Assembly: GCA_963761975.1 (NCBI GenBank)
Contig: CAVXIR010000004.1
Coordinates: 1,219,148 to 1,283,147 of the forward strand
DNA length: 64,000 bases
Direction of reading: 5' to 3'
Origin: Vicinamibacterales bacterium
GTDB lineage: Bacteria > Acidobacteriota > Vicinamibacteria > Vicinamibacterales > JAMQPK01
In this document: in pieces, positions 9,950-18,783 of the stretch
Layout of the letters: each line of letters starts with the position of its first letter
How positions within the stretch are numbered: the stretch's first letter is position 1
Made by a program: the position numbers and the translations under genes
Notes under the pieces: model-generated
Told to the model about the DNA's origin: nothing
Databases searched by the model: none
The model's input: the letters and a program-made list of their open reading frames with translations, nothing else

Positions 9950-11923
9950 ATGAAGCACAGGTCCGTGTTGACTGCAGCCGCCGGGTTGTTGTGGCTCGCA
10001 CAGGTGTTTGCCGTTGGTCCGAGCTTCCGTCCTGACGGCACGATCAAAGGATCGAGCCTGGACGGCTGGCATGCGCTGGGACAGGCCGACTGGAAGGCGC
10101 AAAACGGCGAGATCGTCGGGGCGCCCAGACCGGGTGGAAGCGGTGGCTGGCTCGTGCTCGACCGTTCGTATCAGGATGTCGGCTTCTATGCGTCGTTCCG
10201 CTGCACAGGCGGGTGCAAGACAGGTGTCCTGCTGCGTGCTGAGAAAACGCCGCAAGGCATGAAGGGCATCTACGTCGCTCTGACCGGGGAGGACGTAGGG
10301 GCTTATCGCGTGACGCTCGACTCCGAAGGCAGGGAGCTTCAGCGCGAGCCACTTCGGCGTGGCGGCGGGCAGATGCGGATTGCGCCCCCAATCGATCCCA
10401 ACGCGCCCGCCCGCGGAGCCGGCGGAGGTGGCCGGGGCCCTGCGCCGAGCGTCACTCTGCCGATTCCCCGGCCCTCCGGTGACGTGCGCCCGGCCGAATG
10501 GAACACCGTTGAGCTTCTTGTTGATGCCAACATCATCCGTGCGTTCATGAACGAGGGTGGCGAGCTCGGCTGGGTGGCAGAGGATGAGGTCGGCAGGTAC
10601 GGTCCGCTGGCGCTGTACATCGGAGGCACCGGTGAAGTGCGCTTCAAGGATGTCGCATACAAGGACCTCGGACTCCACGACATCGCACCCGAGCAGGTGT
10701 CGAGCAACTTCCGGATGCAGAAGATCAGCGACTTCTACTATGCGTGGGGGGCGGCCGCGGGCGACTTCAACCACGACGGCGTGCTCGATGTGGCCGCCGG
10801 CCCGTACTACTATCTCGGACCGGACTACGCAAAACGGCGCGAAATCTTCCTCGGCTACGTCTCTAATCCTGGAACGGAATACTCCTTCGATTGTTGGATG
10901 CAGTTTGCGGGAGACTTCACCGGCGACGGGTGGGACGATGTGATCACAGCGAGTTTCTCACCGAGCGCGATCGGGTCGGCGCGGGGCGCCGTCGGCGTCT
11001 GGCTGTATGTGAACCCCCAAGGCGAGCCACGCCGCTGGGACAGGCACCATGTCGTTCCAACCTTCCAGAGCGAAATCGCTGTGCTGAGAGACATCGACGG
11101 TGACGCAAAACCCGAACTGGTGTACGCCGCCGAGGGAGCCGTGCGGTATGCCAAACCCGACCCGGCAAAACCGACCGGACCGTGGATTGTGCGCGCCGTC
11201 TCGGAGCCGGGATATTCGACCGCGCACGGTATCGGCGTCGGCGACATCAACGGCGACAAGCGCATCGACGTCGTCAACGCCTTCGGTTGGTGGGAGCAGC
11301 CGGCGGATCGTCCATCGTCCATCGTCGATCGTCCATCGTCTGGAGGGTCGACGTGGACGTACCATCCGGAAGCGTTTGCCCGCTACACGCGAAACGTCGT
11401 GGGCGGAAGCGTCATGGCTGTCTACGACGCCAACGGCGATGGCCTGAACGACGTCGTGACTTCTCTGTCAGCGCACGGCTGGGGGCTCGCCTGGTACGAA
11501 CAGAAGCGCGGCGCGTCCGGCGCAATCTCGTTCGTCCAGCACATGATCATGGACGATTTCTCGACGAAGAACGCCGGCGGTGTCACGTTTTCTCAACCGC
11601 ACGGCTCGACGTTCGCCGACATCGATGGCGACCGCATTCCGGACTTCATCCTTGGCAAACGCTACTGGGCACACCGGGATGATTATCTGGATCCCGACCC
11701 CTACGGCCCTGGCGTGCTCTACGTGTACAAGACAGTTCGAAATGCCAAGGCTCCGGGAGGCGCGGAGTTCGTTCCTGAGCTCGTGCACAATCGCTCGGGT
11801 GTCGGTTCCGACGCCTTGGCTGTGGATCTCAACAAGGATTCCGTCATGGATATCGTGACAGCCACCAAGACGGGGACGTTCATCTTCTGGGGCAAGCCGC
11901 GGACGAAAGGGGCACCGCGATGA
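9950..11923 (+). CDS. DUF1080 (3-keto-disaccharide hydrolase-like) + FG-GAP/VCBS repeat protein, intact paralog
   Basis: 657 aa. SD AAGGGAG lies 7 nt upstream and a signal peptide is present. N-terminal DUF1080-like region ([37 protein letters not shown]). Five or more D-x-[DN]-G-D-G calcium-type FG-GAP motifs. Collinear with 2313-4257. Confidence 0.85.
   Translation: MKHRSVLTAAAGLLWLAQVFAVGPSFRPDGTIKGSSLDGWHALGQADWKAQNGEIVGAPRPGGSGGWLVLDRSYQDVGFYASFRCTGGCKTGVLLRAEKTPQGMKGIYVALTGEDVGAYRVTLDSEGRELQREPLRRGGGQMRIAPPIDPNAPARGAGGGGRGPAPSVTLPIPRPSGDVRPAEWNTVELLVDANIIRAFMNEGGELGWVAEDEVGRYGPLALYIGGTGEVRFKDVAYKDLGLHDIAPEQVSSNFRMQKISDFYYAWGAAAGDFNHDGVLDVAAGPYYYLGPDYAKRREIFLGYVSNPGTEYSFDCWMQFAGDFTGDGWDDVITASFSPSAIGSARGAVGVWLYVNPQGEPRRWDRHHVVPTFQSEIAVLRDIDGDAKPELVYAAEGAVRYAKPDPAKPTGPWIVRAVSEPGYSTAHGIGVGDINGDKRIDVVNAFGWWEQPADRPSSIVDRPSSGGSTWTYHPEAFARYTRNVVGGSVMAVYDANGDGLNDVVTSLSAHGWGLAWYEQKRGASGAISFVQHMIMDDFSTKNAGGVTFSQPHGSTFADIDGDRIPDFILGKRYWAHRDDYLDPDPYGPGVLYVYKTVRNAKAPGGAEFVPELVHNRSGVGSDALAVDLNKDSVMDIVTATKTGTFIFWGKPRTKGAPR
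11306..11340 (+). repeat. in-frame heptamer array (GATCGTC/CATCGTC x5) inside the FG-GAP gene
   Basis: GATCGTC CATCGTC CATCGTC GATCGTC CATCGTC encodes [12 protein letters not shown]. The paralog carries the equivalent array at 2883-2919 (DRPSSIGDRPSS). The same unit builds the pbpC palindrome at 31279-31353. Confidence 0.85.
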
Positions 11924-12942
11924 TAGTCGAGAGACGGATATTGACAGCGCTTGCGTGCGCGGTGTTCGTCTTGGCGGTCGGCGCGCACCGCCTGGCCGGC
12001 CAGGCAAAGCCTGGATCCGCGTACACGCTGCAGCCCAGCACGTACGGGATGCAGCTGAAAACGCCCGACGGCCGCGTCGTTCTGGAGTACCTCACGAAGA
12101 AACCCGACAACAGCCCGCTCACGTCGCCAAGCGTCGCGTGTTTTCATCCCGTGAACACACCAACCGGTGAACCGGTCACAGCCCTGGCGCCCGACGATCA
12201 TCCGCACCATCGCGGACTCTACTTCGGCTGGCACGACTCCGAATTCCGCGCGCCGGTCAACCTCGACAACTATGGACCTCACAAGCCGCTTCGCGCGCTG
12301 AACATCACCAAAGCCGACTTCTGGGGATGGGGAGCGTTTGCCACGCGCGAAGGCCGCGTCATTGAGACGCGCGACCTGAAGCTTGCGCATGCCGATGCCT
12401 CACGCGCGTCACTCGAGGTTCGCAACGACTGGACTGTTCGCGGTCGCAAGATGCTCGATGAAGTGAACATCGCCAATGTGGCCGAGCGCGATGGCGTGTA
12501 CGTTCTCGACCTTGAGTATCGCCTGACGCCGACGGTCGAATATGTGCTGAACCGGGCATCGTTCGGAGGCTTCAACGTGCAGGGGCGGAAAGACGGAGAT
12601 TCCTGGTTTTCGAGCTCGAAGGGCAAGCTCGACATGCCCGACGCGCACTACTCCCTTCCCGATCTGAACTGGCCGCCGCAGCCGTGGTACGACTTCAGCA
12701 TCCGACTGAAAGTGTCTGGCAAGATCGTCGGCTTCGCCGTAATGGATCACCCGACGAACCCGTATACGACGTGGCACAACTCGAGCCACTTGTGGATGCT
12801 GAACCCGGTCATCACGGCGGGTGGGCCGTTCACAATCCCCGGTGGACACACGCTACGGCTGCGATATCGAGTGGTCGTTCATGACGGAGATGCGCCGATT
12901 CCACTGCTCGAGAAGCTGTCGGCGGAATGGCAGAAGATGTAG
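11920..12942 (+). CDS. PmoA-like / DUF6807 family protein, secreted
   Basis: 340 aa. The start overlaps the upstream stop (ATGA) and a signal peptide is present. The DDHPHHRGLYFGWHDSEF motif matches, as I remember it, the HHRGLWF signature of the Pfam PmoA/DUF6807 family. Confidence 0.6.
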   Translation: MIVERRILTALACAVFVLAVGAHRLAGQAKPGSAYTLQPSTYGMQLKTPDGRVVLEYLTKKPDNSPLTSPSVACFHPVNTPTGEPVTALAPDDHPHHRGLYFGWHDSEFRAPVNLDNYGPHKPLRALNITKADFWGWGAFATREGRVIETRDLKLAHADASRASLEVRNDWTVRGRKMLDEVNIANVAERDGVYVLDLEYRLTPTVEYVLNRASFGGFNVQGRKDGDSWFSSSKGKLDMPDAHYSLPDLNWPPQPWYDFSIRLKVSGKIVGFAVMDHPTNPYTTWHNSSHLWMLNPVITAGGPFTIPGGHTLRLRYRVVVHDGDAPIPLLEKLSAEWQKM

Positions 12943-12947
12943 CGTGC

Positions 12948-13994
12948 TTATCCCCCGGTACGGACGGGGTGGCGCTCGTTCCAGTGCACCATCGGCAGGC
13001 CGGCGACCGGGGCCCGAAAGCACGGGATGCGCGTGCCTTTGAGCGAGCCGATGTAGATCGTTTGGAGATCGCGGCCGCCGAAGGTGACGCTCGCCATCCA
13101 CGGCGCCAGGCCCCGGCCCGTTGCAAACAGGATTTCTTCGGTCACGTTGTTGGTCCGGAACGCCTGCTCGAGCGCCTCGACCTTCGCAGGATCGCCCTCG
13201 TCGAGCAGGATCCGCAGATCGCCTTTCGGCGTCAGCACAAACAACTTGTCGGAATAGACCAGCGTGCCCCACAGATTTCCGGCGCGGTCGAAGGCGATAC
13301 CGTCGGGCCACGCACCCGGTCCGAGCGAGCACGGGCCGAAAATTTCGCGCGCCTGCACGGCGCCGCGATCGTCGATGCGCAGTCGAGTGATGCATCCGCC
13401 GGTCGTTTCAACGACGTAGAGATATTCTTCGTTGGCGTCGAATCGAATTTCGTTGGTGAAGTGGAACCCATCGGCCACGATGGTGATCCGGCCGTCATCG
13501 AACCGCGCGAGATAGCCGTCGGCGAGATCGGGGCGCAGCGCGTGCATCCAGTTCTTGAGCCGGGTCGATACCGTGATCCAGATCCGATCGCGCGAATCAC
13601 GGAGCACAAAGTTCACCTTGCCGATAGGTTCGCCGTCGATGGTATCGGCAAGCACACGCGATGTGCCGTCGCGCGACATCACTTCGAGACAGTCGGTTCC
13701 GAAATTGGAAATCAGGAAATCACCGCTCCGGGCGAATGCCAACCCGTTCGGCAGCGTCCCCTGGAGATATCGTGCCGCATCGCTTTGGGCATTCTGGAAC
13801 TGAGCCGAGCTGCGCTGCGTCACGATCTGCTGCGTTCCGTCGGGGGCAATCCGAACCACGCCGCCCCGCGCATCCGCCGACCACAACGTCCCGTCGGGCT
13901 CGGCAAGAATGCACTCCGGCCGCTGTAAGTCGTGCCCGATGAACTTGATGGCGCTTCTGTCGATCTCGAAATCGAGAATGGGGTTGGCCGTCAA
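12948..13994 (-). CDS. SMP-30/gluconolactonase/LRE-like six-bladed beta-propeller (putative lactonase)
   Basis: 348 aa with a TTG start. Repeated blade motifs: NGLAFARSGDFLISN, PDGIAFDRAGNLWGT, TNEIRFDANEEYLYVVET. Confidence 0.65.
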   Translation of the reverse strand: MTANPILDFEIDRSAIKFIGHDLQRPECILAEPDGTLWSADARGGVVRIAPDGTQQIVTQRSSAQFQNAQSDAARYLQGTLPNGLAFARSGDFLISNFGTDCLEVMSRDGTSRVLADTIDGEPIGKVNFVLRDSRDRIWITVSTRLKNWMHALRPDLADGYLARFDDGRITIVADGFHFTNEIRFDANEEYLYVVETTGGCITRLRIDDRGAVQAREIFGPCSLGPGAWPDGIAFDRAGNLWGTLVYSDKLFVLTPKGDLRILLDEGDPAKVEALEQAFRTNNVTEEILFATGRGLAPWMASVTFGGRDLQTIYIGSLKGTRIPCFRAPVAGLPMVHWNERHPVRTGG

Positions 13995-14049
13995 TATTCG
14001 CTCCCGCTCACCGCACTATGGTGGAGTGAAATGGCAGAGTGTGTCAAAG

Positions 14050-14103
14050 GGAGGGCACGGAGAAATACTTCAGCTCCGTGTTTAAGATAGCTCCGTGCCC
14101 TCC
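14050..14103 (+). promoter_or_regulatory. 13-bp perfect inverted repeat module overlapping the predicted start of the LigD ligase gene
   Basis: GGAGGGCACGGAG (14050-14062) and CTCCGTGCCCTCC (14091-14103) are exact complements. An inner CTCCGTG (14074-14080) can pair with the same left arm. TAAGAT (14083-14088) lies 6 nt before GTG 14095, which sits inside the right arm. Confidence 0.6.
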
Positions 14104-14994
14104 GTCCCCTCTGAGATGCCTCCCTGGCTCGAGCCCATGGCTGCCACGCTGACCCAGGACAGGTTCAGCGGTGGCGACTGGTTGTTCGAACGCAAATTCG
14201 ACGGCATCCGGCTTCTCGCCTACAAGAGCGGCTCGGATGTCCGATTGTTCTCGCGCAACCGCCTGCCTCAAGACCTCCCCGCCGTGGCTGAAGCCATCGC
14301 GAATCTTCCGGTGGACGAAGTCGTGCTCGACGGCGAGGTCACCTGGGACGGCCGCAGCGGCTATCACGTCTTCGACATCCTATGGCTGGACGGACGATTG
14401 GTGACGTCGTTGCCGATTGAGGATCGACGCGCGCTGCTTCGAGCGCTGCCGTTCACACCGCCGTTGACGCGCGTCGAGCTCGTCGAAGACGAGAACCCCT
14501 GGCAACGTGCCAGCCGTGAGGGATGGGAAGGCGTGATCGCCAAACGGCGCGGCTCTCCATACGAGCACCGCCGCTCGAAGCACTGGCTCAAGATGAAGTG
14601 CGAGGCGTCCCAGGAGCTCGTCGTGGGCGGCTTCACCGATCCGCAAGGCGCGCGCGTCGGCCTTGGCGCACTGCTCGTCGGATTTTACGAAGGCAGCGAC
14701 TTCGTGTTTGCTGGCAAGATCGGTACCGGCTTCGATACGAAGCTTCTGCTGGATCTGCGCAGGCGCCTCGATGGCATCGAGCAGCCGCAGTCGCCATTTA
14801 CGAAAGCCAAAGGACTGCCGCGGATCCGGGCGCACTGGGTGCGACCGGACATCGTCGTCAAGGTCGCATTCATCGAGTGGACCGTGCACGGAAAGCTGCG
14901 GCATCCGCGGCTACTCGGGGTTCGCTTCGACAAAAATCCGCGGGAGGTCGTGCGCGAGAGCGCGGAGCAACCGGAGGGCACGGAGCAGCTTTAA
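14095..14994 (+). CDS. ligD: ATP-dependent DNA ligase, LigD ligase-domain-only protein (NHEJ)
   Basis: 299 aa. Adenylation motif I ERKFDGIR (KxDG); also EGVIAKR and HWLKMK motifs, then an OB-fold tail. The start is uncertain: GTG 14095 or ATG 14116 (MPPWLEPMAATL). Confidence 0.85.
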   Translation: MPSVPSEMPPWLEPMAATLTQDRFSGGDWLFERKFDGIRLLAYKSGSDVRLFSRNRLPQDLPAVAEAIANLPVDEVVLDGEVTWDGRSGYHVFDILWLDGRLVTSLPIEDRRALLRALPFTPPLTRVELVEDENPWQRASREGWEGVIAKRRGSPYEHRRSKHWLKMKCEASQELVVGGFTDPQGARVGLGALLVGFYEGSDFVFAGKIGTGFDTKLLLDLRRRLDGIEQPQSPFTKAKGLPRIRAHWVRPDIVVKVAFIEWTVHGKLRHPRLLGVRFDKNPREVVRESAEQPEGTEQL

Positions 14995-15050
14995 CCACGA
15001 AGACACGAAGACACGAAGGCTTCCCGTGCTTAAATTGGCTCGGTGCCCTC
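14973..15050 (+). promoter_or_regulatory. second copy of the inverted-repeat module, spanning the ligase 3' end and the polymerase start
   Basis: The identical 13-mer GGAGGGCACGGAG lies at 14973-14985, inside the ligase coding end. It is followed by 3x CACGAAGR (14996-15019) and the near-complement CTTCCCGTG (15020-15028). TAAATT (15031-15036) lies 6 nt before GTG 15043. The right arm is CTCGGTGCCCTCT (15039-15051), 11/13 complementary to the left arm. Confidence 0.6.
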
Positions 15051-15945
15051 TGTAGTTCGCGAGCAGCCCGTGATCTCCCACCCTGAGAAGGTCCTCTTCC
15101 CCGATGATGGCATCACGAAGGGCGATCTCGCTAAGTACTACGAAACGATGGCGCCGGTCCTTCTACCTCATCTGCGCGGCCGCCCCATAACGATGGAGCG
15201 ATACCCGGCAGGCATCGGCCGCAAGGGATTCTGGCAGAAGGATGTCTCGAAAGGTTTTCCCGAATGGCTGAAGCGGGTCGAGGTGCCGAAAAAGGACGGA
15301 GTCGTCCATCATCCAGTCGTGACCGACGCGCGATCGCTCCTGTGGGTGACGAACCAGAACACGATCACTCAGCATGTGTGGAGCTCGCGCATCCCCGATC
15401 TGTATTACCCCGACATCTGCGTTTTCGACCTCGATCCGTCGAGAGACGACCTCGCAGAGCTGTGCGCCGCCGCGATCGGCTTGCGGGATCTGCTGGCAAC
15501 GCTGAAGCTGCCGTCCTGGATCAAGACGTCGGGCTCGAAAGGCTTTCACATCGTGGTTCCGCTTGATGGAAAAGCGGATATGGGACAGGTCTCCCGCTTT
15601 GCGCATGCCGTCGGAAAGCTGTTCGTGAGCCACGCACCCGAGCACCTGACGCAGGAGTTCAGCAAGGTCGATCGCCGTGGGCGAATCTACGTCGACACAG
15701 GGCGAAATGACTACAGTGCCACATTCGCCGCGGCCTACACCGTGCGCGCAAAGCGCGGGGCCCCGGTGTCGGCTCCGTGCACATGGGAGGACGTCGCGGG
15801 CCGCAAAGTAGGCCCTGCGGCGTTCACGCTGCGAAACATGCCGGAACGCGTCGCTAAGGTCGGCGACCTATGGGCCGACCTCACGAAACGTGGCTACTCG
15901 CTGAAGCGACCGATGGAGAGGCTGCGGAAGATAGCTACTGGCTAG
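15043..15945 (+). CDS. ligD: LigD polymerase/primase-domain protein (NHEJ)
   Basis: 300 aa. ISHPEKVLFPDDGITKGDLAKYYE is the typical LigD-Pol N-terminus. Also FDLDP, IKTSGSKGFHIVVPL, and DTGRNDYSATFAAAYTVR. The start may be GTG 15043 or GTG 15070. Confidence 0.85.
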   Translation: MPSVVREQPVISHPEKVLFPDDGITKGDLAKYYETMAPVLLPHLRGRPITMERYPAGIGRKGFWQKDVSKGFPEWLKRVEVPKKDGVVHHPVVTDARSLLWVTNQNTITQHVWSSRIPDLYYPDICVFDLDPSRDDLAELCAAAIGLRDLLATLKLPSWIKTSGSKGFHIVVPLDGKADMGQVSRFAHAVGKLFVSHAPEHLTQEFSKVDRRGRIYVDTGRNDYSATFAAAYTVRAKRGAPVSAPCTWEDVAGRKVGPAAFTLRNMPERVAKVGDLWADLTKRGYSLKRPMERLRKIATG

Positions 15946-17704
15946 GGAACAACTGATAGCTGGTGTTCGGCGGATAGAAATAACCCATCGATGCATGGGC
16001 AACGTCGTTGCGATAGAGCGAATCCTGCATCAGCGTCACGTGACGGCTCGTTGAGGGCACGGTCGTCGTCGCAATCCGCAACTCGCCATCCTTTGTGAGA
16101 ATCACTTCCTCGCGCCAGTCGCCAACGACGTCCGCGATCGCCACGATGCGTCCTTCGAGCGTGTCGACAGGCGTGTCGCTTCCGTACTTGTGCAGTGTGG
16201 TTGTGTCACCGCGATAACTGAAGATGTTGTAAACCTTCTGCGGGCCGTCGAGCCAGTACACCGGGTTGAGCGTAATCGAACCCAGATCCGCGGTCGACAG
16301 AAGCTTTCCGTCTCGCGCCGAATAGAGAAACTGGCCGAGCTCACGCTTCTGTTCGGCCGCGTAGAACTCATATCCAGGGTTGGAGGCATCGATATCGGCA
16401 AACATGCCCCAATCGTGGATGTGCGTGGTCGGATTCGGATGCCCCCAGATCATCCGACCCGTCCGGGCATCGGCGACCTGGATGCCATTGATCGGCTGCC
16501 GATCCTCATAGCCGTATGCGATCTCGAGTCCCGCTTTTTCAGGAATGATGTCGGCCACATAGAACACATCCTGATGTCCCAGGCCGTTGGACCACAGTGT
16601 TTTTCCGTTGTCGTCCACCATCACCGACCCGAGCGCGATCTCTTCTTTTCCATCGCCGTCGAAGTCGTAGACGTGCATACCATGGGCGCCCTGCCCGCGA
16701 ACAGGCGGATCGGTGTCGTCGCCGAACCAGCGCCAGACCTTCACGAGCTTGCCGTCAACGAGATTCCATGCGTCGACGTACATCATCGTGTAGGTGCCGC
16801 GCGCAACGAGGATGCTCAATCTCTTCCCGTCGAGCTTCGCGACGCCGATCTGGTTTCGGTTGACACGATTCCCGCGATTGTCGCCCCAGCGCTCGGGGTC
16901 ACCGCGCTCGACCCAATCGGCACGCGCGATTTCTCTCCCTGTCAACCCGTTCAAAACGGTGATGTACTCGGGACCTTCGAGCACGAAGCCACCCTCGGCT
17001 ATCGTGGCCTCCTGTTTCGTCGCCGCATACGGCGCCATCTTCAGCGCGACCTCGGCCTTGCCATCTCCGTCGAAGTCACCGGTAATGAACGGCGTCCACC
17101 AGACGCCCATGTTCATGTTCCATCCGAGGTCGTAGCGCCACATGAACGCGCCCGACCGGCCGTTGTAGGCTTCCAGCTTGAACGTGTCCGGGCTCTCGCG
17201 AATCGTGCCCGGATCGAGTCCGTGCCCGGCGCCGGGTTGTTTGATGACGTAGTCGAAGATGCCATCGCCGTCGAGGTCGCAGATGCCAACCCGATTGAAA
17301 AGGTAGTCGCCCTGCAGCTTGACCGACCGCACTCGATTTGCGGGGGAATTCGCCGGCAACGACGCCGTCTCAGACGCCGGTTGCTCGCGACCACGGACAA
17401 CGGCGCGAACAAACCAGCTGTTGTCCTTGTCCATCGCCGCGGACGTGTCCACCAGGTTGGTGCTCAGCGTAATCGGCTCGGCGTTCACCTTGACCGGACT
17501 GCCGCCGGCCGTGCGCCGATACACATTGAACGCGACATCCGCGGGATCGTTTTTCAGCAGCCGCCAGCCGATGTACACCTTCCGCGCGTCGTTCACCACG
17601 GCGATCAAGCCGCGATTGAGCTTCTCCTCCGCAACCGGTTGTGAAGGATCGGCCACAATGGCAACGACAAAAATCAGACAGCCGACGGCAAAGCGAATTC
17701 GCAT
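15935..17704 (-). CDS. rhamnogalacturonan lyase, polysaccharide lyase family 11 (YesW/YesX-like beta-propeller)
   Basis: 589 aa with a signal peptide. It is collinear with B. subtilis YesW as I recall that sequence: LNRGLIAV, FNVYR, VRAVVRGREQPASE, DLDGDG, DFDGDGKAEVALK, GPEYITV, WGDNRGNRVNR, DGKLVKVW, DFDGDGKEEIALGS, GDWREEVILT, LRIATTTVPS, TLMQDSLYRNDVA. Confidence 0.75.
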   Translation of the reverse strand: MRIRFAVGCLIFVVAIVADPSQPVAEEKLNRGLIAVVNDARKVYIGWRLLKNDPADVAFNVYRRTAGGSPVKVNAEPITLSTNLVDTSAAMDKDNSWFVRAVVRGREQPASETASLPANSPANRVRSVKLQGDYLFNRVGICDLDGDGIFDYVIKQPGAGHGLDPGTIRESPDTFKLEAYNGRSGAFMWRYDLGWNMNMGVWWTPFITGDFDGDGKAEVALKMAPYAATKQEATIAEGGFVLEGPEYITVLNGLTGREIARADWVERGDPERWGDNRGNRVNRNQIGVAKLDGKRLSILVARGTYTMMYVDAWNLVDGKLVKVWRWFGDDTDPPVRGQGAHGMHVYDFDGDGKEEIALGSVMVDDNGKTLWSNGLGHQDVFYVADIIPEKAGLEIAYGYEDRQPINGIQVADARTGRMIWGHPNPTTHIHDWGMFADIDASNPGYEFYAAEQKRELGQFLYSARDGKLLSTADLGSITLNPVYWLDGPQKVYNIFSYRGDTTTLHKYGSDTPVDTLEGRIVAIADVVGDWREEVILTKDGELRIATTTVPSTSRHVTLMQDSLYRNDVAHASMGYFYPPNTSYQLFPSQ

Positions 17705-17706
17705 GG

Positions 17707-17737
17707 TTACCAGCTACCGGCTACAAGCTACCGGCTA
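17707..17737 (-). repeat. intercistronic heptamer array CNNGUAG x4 between the esterase stop and the PL11 start
   Basis: The mRNA strand reads UAG CCGGUAG CUUGUAG CCGGUAG CUGGUAA CC AUG. The 7-nt period places UAG or UAA in all three frames just before the AUG. No SD is visible. Confidence 0.8.
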
Positions 17738-18745
17738 TTTTCTTGGCTCATTGAACGACCGCTCAACCGCATCGTTGGGATCGGTTGAAACAGGGTGGTC
17801 ACGCCACAACCATCGCATCATTTCGGGCAGAATCGGTCCGCCCATGCGCTGGCCGTGCGTGTTCATGCCCCATGTGTAGTTCAGGTCGTATCCCTTCTCG
17901 GTGAGTGCCTGCATCAGCCGCACGTTCTGGAAGAACCAGTCGCGGCGCTGGTCGTAGCCACCGCCTCGTCCTGTGCCGCGGTTGTCGTTGCGACCATCCT
18001 GCAGGAACACGCGAAGGGGCTTCTTCTCGCTCTTCCGAACGATGTCGGCGTACGTGTCGCCACCACGATCGCCGAGGTTCACGAAGCTGCCGACGATGCT
18101 CAGTACTTTGCGGAAGTCGTTGGGCCGGTGCCACGCGACAGTGAACGCCGCAATGGCGCCCGAGCTGGCGCCGCCAATCCCGTGTCGTTCCGGATCCTTC
18201 GAGATGTTGTATTCCTTGTACAAGATGGGCATCAACTCGTCGACGATGACGCGCGCGTATCGATCGTCCAGCGAGTTGTATTCGGTGGGTCTGTTGGTGT
18301 CGCGATCGCCCCAGTTTTTGGGATTGGGCTCGGGCTGTTCTGGTGTGCGGCCGGGATTGATGAACACCGCAATCATTACCGGTATCTCGCGGCGGTAAAT
18401 CAGATTGTCGAGCACGTTCGGTGCTCGAAGGCCGCCATCCCGATCCTTGAAGGCCTGGCCATCCTGAAAGATCATCAGGCTCGCCGGAACCGCCCGATCG
18501 TACTGCGCCGGGACGTACACCCAGTAGGTGTGCTGAGTGCCCGGATACGCCTGGCTGGGGATGACGAACGGGCCGCGCATCTCTCCTTTCGGCACGCCAT
18601 CGTGCGAGAGCGAGTCGGGCCCCATCTGGTAGTAGACGTTCACGTCCTGAGTCGGCGCTGCAGGTGCCGGCGAAGCCGGCTGAGCGAGCACAACCGCCGC
18701 TTTTCCGACAGCGATCGTGAGAGCCAGGAACAACGATCGCGTCAT
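17735..18745 (-). CDS. secreted esterase (putative esterase / enterochelin-esterase-like alpha/beta hydrolase)
   Basis: I place the start at Met 18745 ([21 protein letters not shown] signal peptide), preceded by SD AAGAGGAA. Nucleophile elbow [11 protein letters not shown]. The longer ORF-track entry (to 19024) overlaps the upstream gene. Confidence 0.7.
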   Translation of the reverse strand: MTRSLFLALTIAVGKAAVVLAQPASPAPAAPTQDVNVYYQMGPDSLSHDGVPKGEMRGPFVIPSQAYPGTQHTYWVYVPAQYDRAVPASLMIFQDGQAFKDRDGGLRAPNVLDNLIYRREIPVMIAVFINPGRTPEQPEPNPKNWGDRDTNRPTEYNSLDDRYARVIVDELMPILYKEYNISKDPERHGIGGASSGAIAAFTVAWHRPNDFRKVLSIVGSFVNLGDRGGDTYADIVRKSEKKPLRVFLQDGRNDNRGTGRGGGYDQRRDWFFQNVRLMQALTEKGYDLNYTWGMNTHGQRMGGPILPEMMRWLWRDHPVSTDPNDAVERSFNEPRK

Positions 18746-18783
18746 GACCGTTCCTCTTTTCCTGAATGTGAAGAGATCGGGGG

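Noticed and set aside
9791-10774. N-terminal 327 codons of the 814-aa ORF 8330-10774(-).
   Set aside because: The aldehyde dehydrogenase homology begins at MRNYVQGDW (9790). The upstream part is low-complexity and shadows the well-supported plus-strand gene at 9950-11923.
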